A DNA stretch of 33,377 nt from Pseudomonadota bacterium (lineage in GTDB: Bacteria > Myxococcota_A > Polyangia > DRWM01). The position numbers and the translations under genes were made by a program. Shown piece by piece: positions 1-7,398 of this stretch; position 1 is the stretch's first letter; every line of letters starts with the position of its first letter. Location: contig JBDRLK010000353.1 of NCBI GenBank assembly GCA_043813155.1, positions 1 to 33,377 of the forward strand, in the 5' to 3' direction. The notes beneath the pieces were generated by a model, which did no database searches, had not been told where the DNA came from, and saw nothing but the letters and a program-made list of their open reading frames with translations.

Positions 1-82
1 TCATTCCCATGTGAAGGGAAAGAAGCAGAAGCAGGATCGCTCCCGTGATCATGAGAAGAAGCCAGCGGTACGAATCTTTCAT
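1..82 (-). CDS. small hydrophobic membrane protein, truncated by the window edge (possible SdhD-like anchor subunit)
   Basis: ATG at 82..80, 8 nt downstream of GGAGG (reverse complement of 91..95). Translation MKDSYRWLLLMITGAILLLLLSLHMG is a TM helix. It lies directly downstream of the cytochrome b subunit gene on the same strand. Confidence 0.4.
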   Translation of the reverse strand, partial: MKDSYRWLLLMITGAILLLLLSLHMGM

Positions 83-94
83 TTCATTGACCTC

Positions 95-553
95 CTAACG
101 AAGGTGGAAAAATTCCACGACGGACAGACCTATCATCATGGCCCCGGCCAGCATGAGAAGATAGAGAAACGGCCGCTGGGCCTTGATCGACGTCTTGTAC
201 GGGTACGTCGGCCGCGTGGGCTTGCCGATGAAAAACCCGAACTCGATGAAGAGCAGGCGAAACCCGTTGACGGCGTGGTAGAGGAAAGCGAGGAGGAGCA
301 GGAACTCGAGCACCTTGGCAAAGGGCGTTGTCATCCTCGCCATGAGGGCGTCCCAGGTCTCCTGTCCCTTGACCCTCTCGCCCACAACGAAGATGTGCAG
401 CGTCAGGTATGCAATGAGAGCCAGCCCGGTGATGCGGTGAAAGAGGTAGGCATAGCGCTCGATCCAGTACCTGCCGCCGTAAATCCAGCCGCCCATGCCG
501 AGCCTGCCCGGCGGCTTCCTGGGCAAAGTTTTTTTGTCGGTTTTCGATGCCAT
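95..553 (-). CDS. sdhC: succinate dehydrogenase/fumarate reductase cytochrome b membrane anchor subunit
   Basis: 152 aa with three hydrophobic helices and His in helix contexts (LFHRITG, LYHAVNG) typical of heme b anchors. It sits downstream of the flavoprotein gene on the same strand. Confidence 0.7.
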   Translation of the reverse strand: MASKTDKKTLPRKPPGRLGMGGWIYGGRYWIERYAYLFHRITGLALIAYLTLHIFVVGERVKGQETWDALMARMTTPFAKVLEFLLLLAFLYHAVNGFRLLFIEFGFFIGKPTRPTYPYKTSIKAQRPFLYLLMLAGAMMIGLSVVEFFHLR

Positions 554-576
554 CGCTTTTCTCCGTTACAAAATCC

Positions 577-636
577 GGGGTAGGGGAGGCTTTAGCCTCC
601 CATCCTGTTTTCGGGCGACTGAAGTCGCCCCTACCC
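577..636. repeat. REP-like compound hairpin element
   Basis: Two hairpins, GGGAGGC-TTTA-GCCTCCC (584..601) and GGGCGAC-TGAA-GTCGCCC, are enclosed by outer arms GGGGTAGGGG / CCCCTACCC. The element fills the sdhA-sdhC gap. Confidence 0.7.
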
Positions 637-659
637 ACATTATGCGACCGGGACGATTA

Positions 660-2408
660 TCAGTATTTGCGCTCCACGGGTTTCCACGTCGTTATGGTGA
701 CGGGCTTGCTGTCAAACCTGATGCCCTTCTCCTCGCGGAAGGCCAGGGTGTGCCTGAGCCACTTCTCGTCGTCCCTTTCCGGAAAATCCCTCCTGGCGTG
801 GCCGCCCCTGCTCTCCTCGCGCAGGATCGCGCCCTTGACCACGATCTCGGCGATCTCGAGCATGAAGTCGATCTCCAGGACATTCATGAGGTTCGTGTTG
901 TACACCCTTGACTTGTCCTTGACCGATATGTTCATGAACCTTCCCTGGAGCGCCTTGATTTTTTCGTCGGCCTGCTTCAGCTCCTCGCCGGTCCTGAACA
1001 CGCCCACGAGGCCGTCCATGGCCTCGCGCATTTCCCTGCGGATCATGTAGGGGTTCTCGTCGCCGTCCCGGCCGAGGATGTCGTCGTAGATCCTCTTTTT
1101 CTCATTCTCGATCATCGCAGCGGGAGCCTCGGGGATTTTCACCGTTTCGAGCGCGTACGTGGCGGTCTCAAGGCCCGTGATCATCCCCCATGCAAGGCAT
1201 TCGGCCGTGGAATTGGACCCCAGCCTGTTCGCGCCGTGCAGGCTCGAACACTGCGCTTCGCCGGCCGCCCAGATGCCCTTGACCGGGGTTTTCCCGTTGA
1301 TGTCCGTTTCGATGCCGCCCATCATGTAATGCTCGACCGGCCGCACGGGAATCGGCTCCTCGATGGGGTCGATGCCGTTGAACTTGATGCACACTTCCCT
1401 GATCAGCGGCAGCCGCTCGTTGATTTTTCCGGCGCCCAGGTGCCGCAGGTCCAGGTGCACGTAGTCCAGGCCCGCCGGCCCCTTGAAGCCGCGGCCCGCC
1501 TCGATCTCGGTCATTTCCGCCCTCGATATGATGTCCCTGGGCGCGAGCTCCATCTTCGAAGAGGCGTAGTTTTCCATGAAACGCTCGCCCTTGCTGTTGA
1601 GCAAGTGGCCGCCCTCGCCCCTGGTCGCTTCCGTGATCAGGATGCCCGACGGCACGAGACCGGTGGGGTGAAACTGGATGAACTCCATGTCCTCCAGCGC
1701 AATGCCGGCCCTGAAGGCCATGCCCAGCCCGTCGCCCGTGACCGAATGCGAGTAGGTCGTGAAACCGTAGATCCTCCCGCCGCCGCCGGTCGCCAGGATC
1801 AGCGCTTTTGCCCGAAACACGCAGAAGCGGCCCGTTGACATCTCGATGGCGCAGAGGCCGCGAAGCTCGCCGTCCTCCACGAGGATGGCCGTGGCGAAAT
1901 ACTCGTCGTAGCGGTGGATGTCCGGGTACTTGAGGATCGTGTCGTACAGGCACGACATCTCGAAAAACCCGGTCTTGTCCGCGGCGAACGTTGCCCTGGG
2001 ATAGGAATGGCCCCCGAAGGGCCGCTGGGCGATCCGGCCGTCCCCGGTCCTGGACCAGGGCAGGCCCCAGTGCTCGAGCTGCATGATTTCCCCGGGCATG
2101 GCCTCGACGAATTTTCTCACCACGTCCTGGTCGGCCAGAAAGTCAGATCCCTTGATCGTGTCCCATGCGTGAAGCTCGAAGGAGTCGCCCTGCTCCGGCC
2201 GCAGCATTGCGGCCGTGCCGCCTTCAGCCGCGACCGAGTGCGAGCGCATGAGCTGAAGCTTGGACACGATCCCGATCGAGAGCTTTCCCTCCGAGGTTTT
2301 CGCGGCCTCGATGCCCGCCCTCAGCCCCGCGAGGCCCGACCCGAGTATCAGGATATCATGCTCAATCGTTTCAACCATATCCTCTCCAAAAGCTTTGTGA
2401 TGTGTCAA
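660..2408 (-). CDS. sdhA: succinate dehydrogenase/fumarate reductase flavoprotein subunit
   Basis: 582 aa. N-terminal dinucleotide fold ILILGSGLAGLRAG, covalent-FAD histidine context RSHSVAAEGG, FHPTG, TEATRGEGG, and LAPRDIISRA catalytic-region motifs. Confidence 0.93.
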   Translation of the reverse strand: MTHHKAFGEDMVETIEHDILILGSGLAGLRAGIEAAKTSEGKLSIGIVSKLQLMRSHSVAAEGGTAAMLRPEQGDSFELHAWDTIKGSDFLADQDVVRKFVEAMPGEIMQLEHWGLPWSRTGDGRIAQRPFGGHSYPRATFAADKTGFFEMSCLYDTILKYPDIHRYDEYFATAILVEDGELRGLCAIEMSTGRFCVFRAKALILATGGGGRIYGFTTYSHSVTGDGLGMAFRAGIALEDMEFIQFHPTGLVPSGILITEATRGEGGHLLNSKGERFMENYASSKMELAPRDIISRAEMTEIEAGRGFKGPAGLDYVHLDLRHLGAGKINERLPLIREVCIKFNGIDPIEEPIPVRPVEHYMMGGIETDINGKTPVKGIWAAGEAQCSSLHGANRLGSNSTAECLAWGMITGLETATYALETVKIPEAPAAMIENEKKRIYDDILGRDGDENPYMIRREMREAMDGLVGVFRTGEELKQADEKIKALQGRFMNISVKDKSRVYNTNLMNVLEIDFMLEIAEIVVKGAILREESRGGHARRDFPERDDEKWLRHTLAFREEKGIRFDSKPVTITTWKPVERKY

Positions 2409-2547
2409 TAAATCTCAGAATGCACGGATGAATTTATATAGCAAGAGAAGTTTTTTTAAAAGCGGAAATATCAACGAACTTGCGATATCAGACAATTTTA
2501 AATTAATTCTTGCATATCGGTGTGATTCAATTTAATAGTGGAGCACT

Positions 2548-3051
2548 ATGGCAAAAAAAGAATTCAAGTTTGAAGAGAAATTCGACGTGCCCAGGGAAAA
2601 GCTCATTGAATTCATACTGGACACGGGGAACGCGGAGGCCCGCGCCGTCGAGTTCGGCAAAGCCCTGGAGGCGAAGGCGACCAGGGAGGATATCGGGGAC
2701 GGGAGGGCCAGGATCGTCGTGAGGTCCAAGGAGTACGGCCGCGGCATGGACGGCAGGAAGGACATGACCAAGACGCAGAGCTCCACGTTCATCGAGGAGT
2801 GGGACCTGGAGCGATACGAGGCAACCTGGTCCTACGCCATGGAGTCGACCTTCGCCGACAAGATCATGGTGGGAGGCAACAAGAAGCTCGTCGCCACGGG
2901 GGACGGCTCGTGCACCTACAAGGATGATGCCACGATAGAGGTCAAGATTCCCGTCATCGGCGGAATGATCGCGGGCAAGGTCGTTTCATCCATGGAGAGA
3001 AGCACGCCGCGCATGATGGAATGGATGAAGAACAAGCTGAATGAGCGCTAG
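2548..3051 (+). CDS. soluble 167-aa protein, possibly SRPBCC/START-like (DUF2505-like)
   Basis: ORF with GGAG 5 nt upstream of the ATG and coding-like composition. The fold assignment is only a loose resemblance to SRPBCC proteins and is not verified. Confidence 0.45.
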   Translation: MAKKEFKFEEKFDVPREKLIEFILDTGNAEARAVEFGKALEAKATREDIGDGRARIVVRSKEYGRGMDGRKDMTKTQSSTFIEEWDLERYEATWSYAMESTFADKIMVGGNKKLVATGDGSCTYKDDATIEVKIPVIGGMIAGKVVSSMERSTPRMMEWMKNKLNER

Positions 3052-3287
3052 CCTGGAGTTTCGCCATTTTTCTACTGCGACCGGCTCAGGCCGGCCGGCA
3101 CTGCGTTGGACGGCCATTTTTTTCCTCGACGTACGCGAGGCGGGGTCCCTGCGGAAGCAAAAAATCGTTCCAGACGATATGGCTTCCGTGGGGTGCGAAA
3201 TACGCCTGCGTCAAAAATGGCCGTCCGCCTTGCGGCGCCTCGGCCTGATCTCGGTCTCGCTACGAAAAAATGACGAAACTCCAGGCT
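3050..3287. mobile_element. 238-bp MITE-like or structured-RNA element with 22-bp terminal inverted repeats
   Basis: 3050..3071 (AGCCTGGAGTTTCGCCATTTTT) pairs with 3266..3287 (AAAAATGACGAAACTCCAGGCT), 21/22. Nested perfect 14-bp IR GGACGGCCATTTTT (3108..3121) / AAAAATGGCCGTCC (3213..3226). Inner hairpins CCGGC-TCAG-GCCGG, CCTCG-N7-CGAGG and ATCGT-TCCAG-ACGAT. The element fills the whole intergenic gap. Confidence 0.55.
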
Positions 3288-3294
3288 TACGACC

Positions 3295-3885
3295 ATGAGC
3301 GCCGGCGATGAGATCACCCATATCCTTTCGACGCCTCCCCCGAGGCCTTTGAAGGCCGTCACAAGGGGCCCGGCCTTCATAAAGGCGGTCGCCTACCTGG
3401 CCGTAGCCGTTGTTTCCATCATCGTCGGGCTCGTTGATCTGTGGTATTACCTGTTCGCCCATTACCGCGAGCCCATTCTGGGCAACGAGATTCTCATGCT
3501 TTCCTATATTGTTTTCATCCTGTCCATCGGCGGGTTTGTTTTCTTCTGGTCCACGAGCTTCATGAACATATACTCGATTTACCTGTTCAGGAAAGGAAAC
3601 CTCAGGCCCGCGCGGGTCGAGAAGGCCACCATGCAGGAAAAGTCCGGGCGGGCAATGTTTGTCGTGAACTGGGCTGTCGAGGAAGAAGGAAAGACAATCA
3701 AGGGCGCCATTTCGACTGCGGTCCCGGACATTGCGAATTTCCGGCAGGACGTGGCCGGGGGGGATACCATGTTCCTGCTCTCGTCGGGCAAAGATCTTGG
3801 AGACGCCATGCCCGTGGGGATGATGGGACTGAAGAGGACTGGCTGCTGTTCCCGTCGCTTGCCGTTCCTTTTCGCTTCAGCGTAA
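3295..3885 (+). CDS. hypothetical membrane protein (2 TM helices plus soluble C-terminal domain)
   Basis: 196 aa. Hydrophobic helices VAYLAVAVVSIIVGLVDLWYYLF and LMLSYIVFILSIGGFVFFW are followed by a charged soluble region. First ATG of the ORF, with a weak SD. Confidence 0.6.
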   Translation: MSAGDEITHILSTPPPRPLKAVTRGPAFIKAVAYLAVAVVSIIVGLVDLWYYLFAHYREPILGNEILMLSYIVFILSIGGFVFFWSTSFMNIYSIYLFRKGNLRPARVEKATMQEKSGRAMFVVNWAVEEEGKTIKGAISTAVPDIANFRQDVAGGDTMFLLSSGKDLGDAMPVGMMGLKRTGCCSRRLPFLFASA

Positions 3886-3935
3886 CGAGGGGGCTATCCA
3901 TTGCCTGGGCCCTGGTCTGCGCCTCCATTGCCGTG

Positions 3936-4382
3936 ATGGGCTTTACGAGCAGCCATTTCATCAATGAAAAGGTGCCCATGAAATTCGTCATTATTTCGTC
4001 CGGGGCGAGCCTGATTGCCGCCCTGGTGTTCTGGCTGGCGAGCAGGCGGGTCATGGCATGGTTCCGGCCCTCGTGGTACATGTGGACGGCGGGAATCTTT
4101 GTTTTCTCCTATTTCATGGTCCTTGGAGGGATCCGGGGACTGAACATGTGGCTGGACAAAGGCAAGCCGCACATTTATAAAACGCAGATCCTTCACCTGG
4201 ACGATTCTATTTTTCCCCAGCTTCAACGTTACGTGTACGTTCGCTCATGGAGGGAGGGCCGGGTAAAGGAAAAGATTCCCATATCCATGAGAACAGGGCA
4301 AGGCATGTCCCCCGGTGACGATGTTACGGTCGAAGTGCAGGACGGCTACTTCGACATGCCCGCAATAACCGGCCTGCGTTGA
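3936..4382 (+). CDS. hypothetical membrane protein (2 TM helices plus soluble C-terminal domain)
   Basis: Only the 3' part of ORF 3441..4382 looks coding (FVIISSGASLIAALVFWLA, WTAGIFVFSYFMVLGG, then a charged domain). ATG 3936 is the first ATG past the stop of the upstream gene. GTG 3933 is possible, so the start is uncertain. Confidence 0.5.
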   Translation: MGFTSSHFINEKVPMKFVIISSGASLIAALVFWLASRRVMAWFRPSWYMWTAGIFVFSYFMVLGGIRGLNMWLDKGKPHIYKTQILHLDDSIFPQLQRYVYVRSWREGRVKEKIPISMRTGQGMSPGDDVTVEVQDGYFDMPAITGLR

Positions 4383-4386
4383 AAAG

Positions 4387-4425
4387 GGCGCATGAAGAAA
4401 ACATGCGCACCGCAGCGCCGTTTTT
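4387..4425 (+). terminator. possible intrinsic terminator or protein-binding inverted repeat
   Basis: GCGCATG-N7-CATGCGC (4388..4394 / 4402..4408) is nested in GGCGC...GCGCC and followed by a T5 run at 4421..4425, just after the stop at 4382. Confidence 0.3.
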
Positions 4426-4517
4426 AGACGACAGGCGAGCCGGGAAGCTCACCCGGGTGCATGAAAACCGTATTCACCTGCTTGACCTGAAGCTGATTTT
4501 CCGGCCTGATTACGGAT

Positions 4518-4533
4518 TGGCATTAATTTTGCT
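4518..4533 (+). promoter_or_regulatory. sigma54-type (-24/-12) promoter
   Basis: TGGCAT-TAATT-TTGCT has GG-N10-GC spacing and matches the TGGCAC-N5-TTGCW consensus. It lies about 40 nt upstream of the ATG at 4572. Confidence 0.6.
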
Positions 4534-4571
4534 TTATCGCGAAGCGGAAAAACAGGGAGGACAGAACATCC

Positions 4572-5342
4572 ATGACCGTAAAAGGAGAAGTCCTTTTAAT
4601 TGACCGCGAGGACAGCGGGATCGAGGCGCATGCCGTTGCGCTGTCCAAAGCGGGGCACAGCGTGTCCTGCACGTTCAACGGCAAAGAGGCCATCAAGAAA
4701 CTATCCGAGCACACCGTCGACCTCGTTGTGTCGGACACCGGTCTGCCCGACACCGACGGCATCCTGCTCTTGAGATCGATCAAGGACATTTCAAAGGATA
4801 TATATGTTGTCCTGATGGGCGAATGGCCGACCATCGAATTCACGAAAACGGCCATGAGCATCGGGGCGTACGACGTGCTCTGCAAGCCCGTGGAGCCGGA
4901 AAAGCTGTGCAGGGTGGTGCAGTCCGTGATTGCCGCGCGCCGGTACCGGCTTTCACAGATTGCCCGGGACCCGGCAACGAGAGGCGAGAAGCCTTCGCCC
5001 GAATGCACCTATGACGACCAGGGGCTGTGGTCCCGCACGCTGCCTAATGGAACCGTTGAGATCGGAATGTCGGCGAGCGGCTGGGTGGCCAGCGGGAAAA
5101 TGGTGTACATCACGCTTCCCGAGGAAGGCGCGGTAGTAAAGGAATGCGATCTTCTTTTCGAGATTGTTTCGAGCTATGGAAAAATCGGACAGGTTCACAG
5201 GGTCCTGTCGCCTTTGAGCGGAACGGTGATCGAGGTGAACGAGAATTTCAATGCCGAGCTCGTCAGGGCTGTCTGCGACCCCTGCGGCGGCCGGTGCTGG
5301 CAGACCCCGATTTTGAAAATAACGGTGGGGGCCGGGCCTTGA
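4572..5342 (+). CDS. response-regulator receiver domain fused to a GcvH-like (lipoyl/hybrid-barrel) domain
   Basis: N-terminus: REC motifs LLIDRED, VVSD(55)TGLPDTDG and LCKP. C-terminus aligns with glycine-cleavage H protein (GTVEIGMS...VYITLPEEGAVV...SPLSGTVIEVNENFN), but the ESVKA lipoyl-lysine context is not conserved. SD GGGAGG lies upstream. Confidence 0.8.
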   Translation: MTVKGEVLLIDREDSGIEAHAVALSKAGHSVSCTFNGKEAIKKLSEHTVDLVVSDTGLPDTDGILLLRSIKDISKDIYVVLMGEWPTIEFTKTAMSIGAYDVLCKPVEPEKLCRVVQSVIAARRYRLSQIARDPATRGEKPSPECTYDDQGLWSRTLPNGTVEIGMSASGWVASGKMVYITLPEEGAVVKECDLLFEIVSSYGKIGQVHRVLSPLSGTVIEVNENFNAELVRAVCDPCGGRCWQTPILKITVGAGP

Positions 5343-5452
5343 ATCTTGAATTTTGACATGGTTTGTTATGAACTTTTTTCATAGCGGACTTTGAGGTATG
5401 AAAATAATTCATAGAAAATACACGGAAAATTCAAGATTCAAGGCCCGGCCCC
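5328..5452. repeat. 125-bp element bounded by a perfect 27-bp inverted repeat
   Basis: GGGGCCGGGCCTTGAATCTTGAATTTT (5328..5354) is the exact reverse complement of 5426..5452. The left arm overlaps the last codons and stop of the upstream CDS. The interior is AT-rich. Confidence 0.75.
5353..5413 (+). promoter_or_regulatory. candidate regulated promoter: TTGACA hexamer plus two TATGAA-N5-TTCATA palindromes
   Basis: TTGACA at 5353..5358. 17-bp palindromes TATGAActtttTTCATA (5367..5383) and TATGAAaataaTTCATA (5397..5413) have centres 30 bp apart. They lie 56-100 nt upstream of the REC-NuoE start. No convincing -10 was identified. Confidence 0.4.
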
Positions 5453-5468
5453 AACAAGGAGGTTTAAA

Positions 5469-6407
5469 ATGCAACCACAGGTACTAATCGTTGATGACCA
5501 GCTGTCAGTCGTCAAATCCTGGGAGGCCATCCTGTCGGAAACGGGCATTTCCGTCACCGGAACGCGGGATGGAAAGGAAGCCTGGCAGCAGTTCCAGAAA
5601 AAGAAGTTCGACGCGGTTATTACCGATATCAGGATGCCGGGCATGGACGGGATCGAGCTTTTGGAAAAGATCAAGAAAGCCGACAGGAAGGTCGAGGTCA
5701 TCGTGCTGACGGGCTACGGCTCAAAGGAGAATGTTACAAGGGCAACGGACCTTGGAGCCTACGATTTCATTTTAAAGCCTGTTTCACCGCGCGACATGGT
5801 CAACACGACCATCGGGGCGCTCGGCCGGAGGGGCTTTGAACGCAGCAGGTTCAAGCCCAGATGGCAGTGGCTCGTGCGGCCGGCCGACGTGGCCGCGAAA
5901 ATGAAGGCGGAGCTGGAGAAGGCCGAAAGCAGGCCCGCGCCTGAAATCCCGAAGGAGCACTTCGAGAAGCTCGATGAGATCATAGCAAAGTGGCGGGGCA
6001 AGCCTGGATGCCTGATCCCTGCGCTCCAGGAAGCCCAGGGCCTCATCGGGTATCTTCCGCCTGAAATCCAGAAGATCATCGCGGCGGGTCTCGATCTGCC
6101 GGCCAGCGAGGTGTTCAGCGTGGTGACCTTCTATGCCTTCTTCACCCTGAAGCCGCGAGGCAAGTTCAACATCAGGGTGTGTCTCGGCACGGCGTGCTAC
6201 GTGAAGGGAGGCAGAGATATCGTGGGCAAGATAAGAGAGGGCATGGGCATCGGCATCGGTGACATTACCGACGACATGAAATTCTCCCTCGAGGCCGTCC
6301 GGTGCCTCGGCGCCTGCGGCCTTGCGCCTACCCTGACCGTGGGCCAGGACGTTCACGGCAGGATCAACCCGGCCAAGACCATGGAGATATTCAAGCAGTA
6401 TGAGTAA
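5469..6407 (+). CDS. response-regulator receiver domain fused to NuoE/HydC-type thioredoxin-like [2Fe-2S] subunit
   Basis: REC: LIVDD(9,10), VITD(53)IRMPGMDG, VLTGYG, ILKP. C-terminal half: NuoE motifs IPALQEAQ, CLGTAC (Cx4C) and CLGACGLAP (Cx3C). SD AAGGAGG lies upstream. Confidence 0.9.
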   Translation: MQPQVLIVDDQLSVVKSWEAILSETGISVTGTRDGKEAWQQFQKKKFDAVITDIRMPGMDGIELLEKIKKADRKVEVIVLTGYGSKENVTRATDLGAYDFILKPVSPRDMVNTTIGALGRRGFERSRFKPRWQWLVRPADVAAKMKAELEKAESRPAPEIPKEHFEKLDEIIAKWRGKPGCLIPALQEAQGLIGYLPPEIQKIIAAGLDLPASEVFSVVTFYAFFTLKPRGKFNIRVCLGTACYVKGGRDIVGKIREGMGIGIGDITDDMKFSLEAVRCLGACGLAPTLTVGQDVHGRINPAKTMEIFKQYE

Positions 6408-6455
6408 CGGCGGCGTGGCAACATTGTCCCCGGGGCCGGCCCCAAAGGAGGCGCA

Positions 6456-6842
6456 ATGAAACTCAAAGACGTGATCGCGGAAATCGAGGGGAAAATGCTG
6501 TGCGGCGAGGAGCTGCTTTCTGCAGACATCGAGACGGTCATGGCATCGGACATGATGAGCGATGTCCTGAGGTACTCGAAACCGGGCTCCATTCTCGTCA
6601 CGGGCAACAAGAACGTCCAGGCCGTGCGAACCGTGCTCATCGCGGAGCTGCGCGGCGCGATCCTGATCAGGAACAAGGCCCCGGCAAGGGAAATCCTGGA
6701 GCTTGCGCAGGAGAACGGGATTTTCATCGCCCTGACCGGGCTGGACATGTTCGAGGTGTGCGGCAGGCTGTACGAGAGAATGAAAGCAGCGCCGCCGCAA
6801 ACAAAAAAGGAGGATCAATCCGGCAGCAGGGCGGAAGTGTAG
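6456..6842 (+). CDS. DRTGG domain protein (copy 1)
   Basis: 128 aa and a clear paralog of 8654..9004 (shared ASDMMSDV, GRLY). This is the architecture of small DRTGG proteins found next to hydrogenase-like sensor genes. SD AGGAGG. Confidence 0.75.
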   Translation: MKLKDVIAEIEGKMLCGEELLSADIETVMASDMMSDVLRYSKPGSILVTGNKNVQAVRTVLIAELRGAILIRNKAPAREILELAQENGIFIALTGLDMFEVCGRLYERMKAAPPQTKKEDQSGSRAEV

Positions 6843-6861
6843 AGGGGGGCCGGGCGCTGCG

Positions 6862-7398
6862 ATGAGGGATATTTACGTATTCGAACAGAAGTTTCCGATA
6901 ACGGGCGGAGATTTTACCAATGCGGGCATGGCGTCCGTGGAGGTGAAATCCATACTGAAAAAAACGGGAATCGATTCGAAGAATGTCAGGAGGATATCCA
7001 TCGCGGTCTATGAAGCGGAGATGAACGTCGTTCTGTACTCACGGCAAGGAGTGCTGACGCTGCTCGTGACGCCGGAGAGCGTTTTCATTGTTTTCCAGGA
7101 CGAGGGGGAGGGCATCGAGGATATCGCCATGGCCATGAGAGAGGGCTTTACCACGTCGGACGAGAAAATACGGGAGCTGGGCTTCGGAAGCGGCATGGGG
7201 CTTCCCAACATCAAGGGGAATGCCGACTACTTGAAAATCACCTCCACCATGAAGAAAGGAACGACGCTGGAGATGGGGTTCGACCTGACGGGGAGGATTT
7301 CGGAGTCCGATAAAGAGGAGACCAGGACGAGGTACGACATGGAAAACGATATCAACATGTATCTTTGGAAAAAGAAGGGGTACGTAGAGAAGACATGA
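6862..7398 (+). CDS. anti-sigma-factor-like Ser/Thr protein kinase (RsbW/SpoIIAB-type GHKL ATPase)
   Basis: 178 aa. Bergerat-fold boxes EAEMNVV (N), DEGEGI (G1) and GFGSGMGL (G2). No DHp/H-box. Confidence 0.75.
   Translation: MRDIYVFEQKFPITGGDFTNAGMASVEVKSILKKTGIDSKNVRRISIAVYEAEMNVVLYSRQGVLTLLVTPESVFIVFQDEGEGIEDIAMAMREGFTTSDEKIRELGFGSGMGLPNIKGNADYLKITSTMKKGTTLEMGFDLTGRISESDKEETRTRYDMENDINMYLWKKKGYVEKT

Noticed and set aside
3041-3380. ORFs 3041..3298 (+) and 3072..3380 (-).
   Set aside because: They lie within the inverted-repeat element, have no SD, and have repeat-driven amino-acid composition.
3441-3935. 5' two-thirds of ORF 3441..4382, and a possible frameshift fusion of the two membrane protein genes.
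   Set aside because: This part overlaps 3295..3885 out of frame and translates to Arg/His/Gly-rich sequence. The upstream gene ends at a clean TAA at 3883..3885. Two separate genes are more parsimonious, although the exact start of the second one is uncertain.
5367-5413. Calling the twin palindromes Rex operators outright.
   Set aside because: The half-sites are similar, but the spacing is one nucleotide longer than the Rex consensus as I remember it. No rex gene is in the window, so only an unassigned operator pair is reported.
7365-7394. Upstream ATG 7365 as the start of the hydrogenase-like gene.
   Set aside because: It would overlap the kinase gene by 34 nt. ATG 7395 forms an ATGA stop/start overlap like the next two junctions in the cassette. 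This is not excluded.
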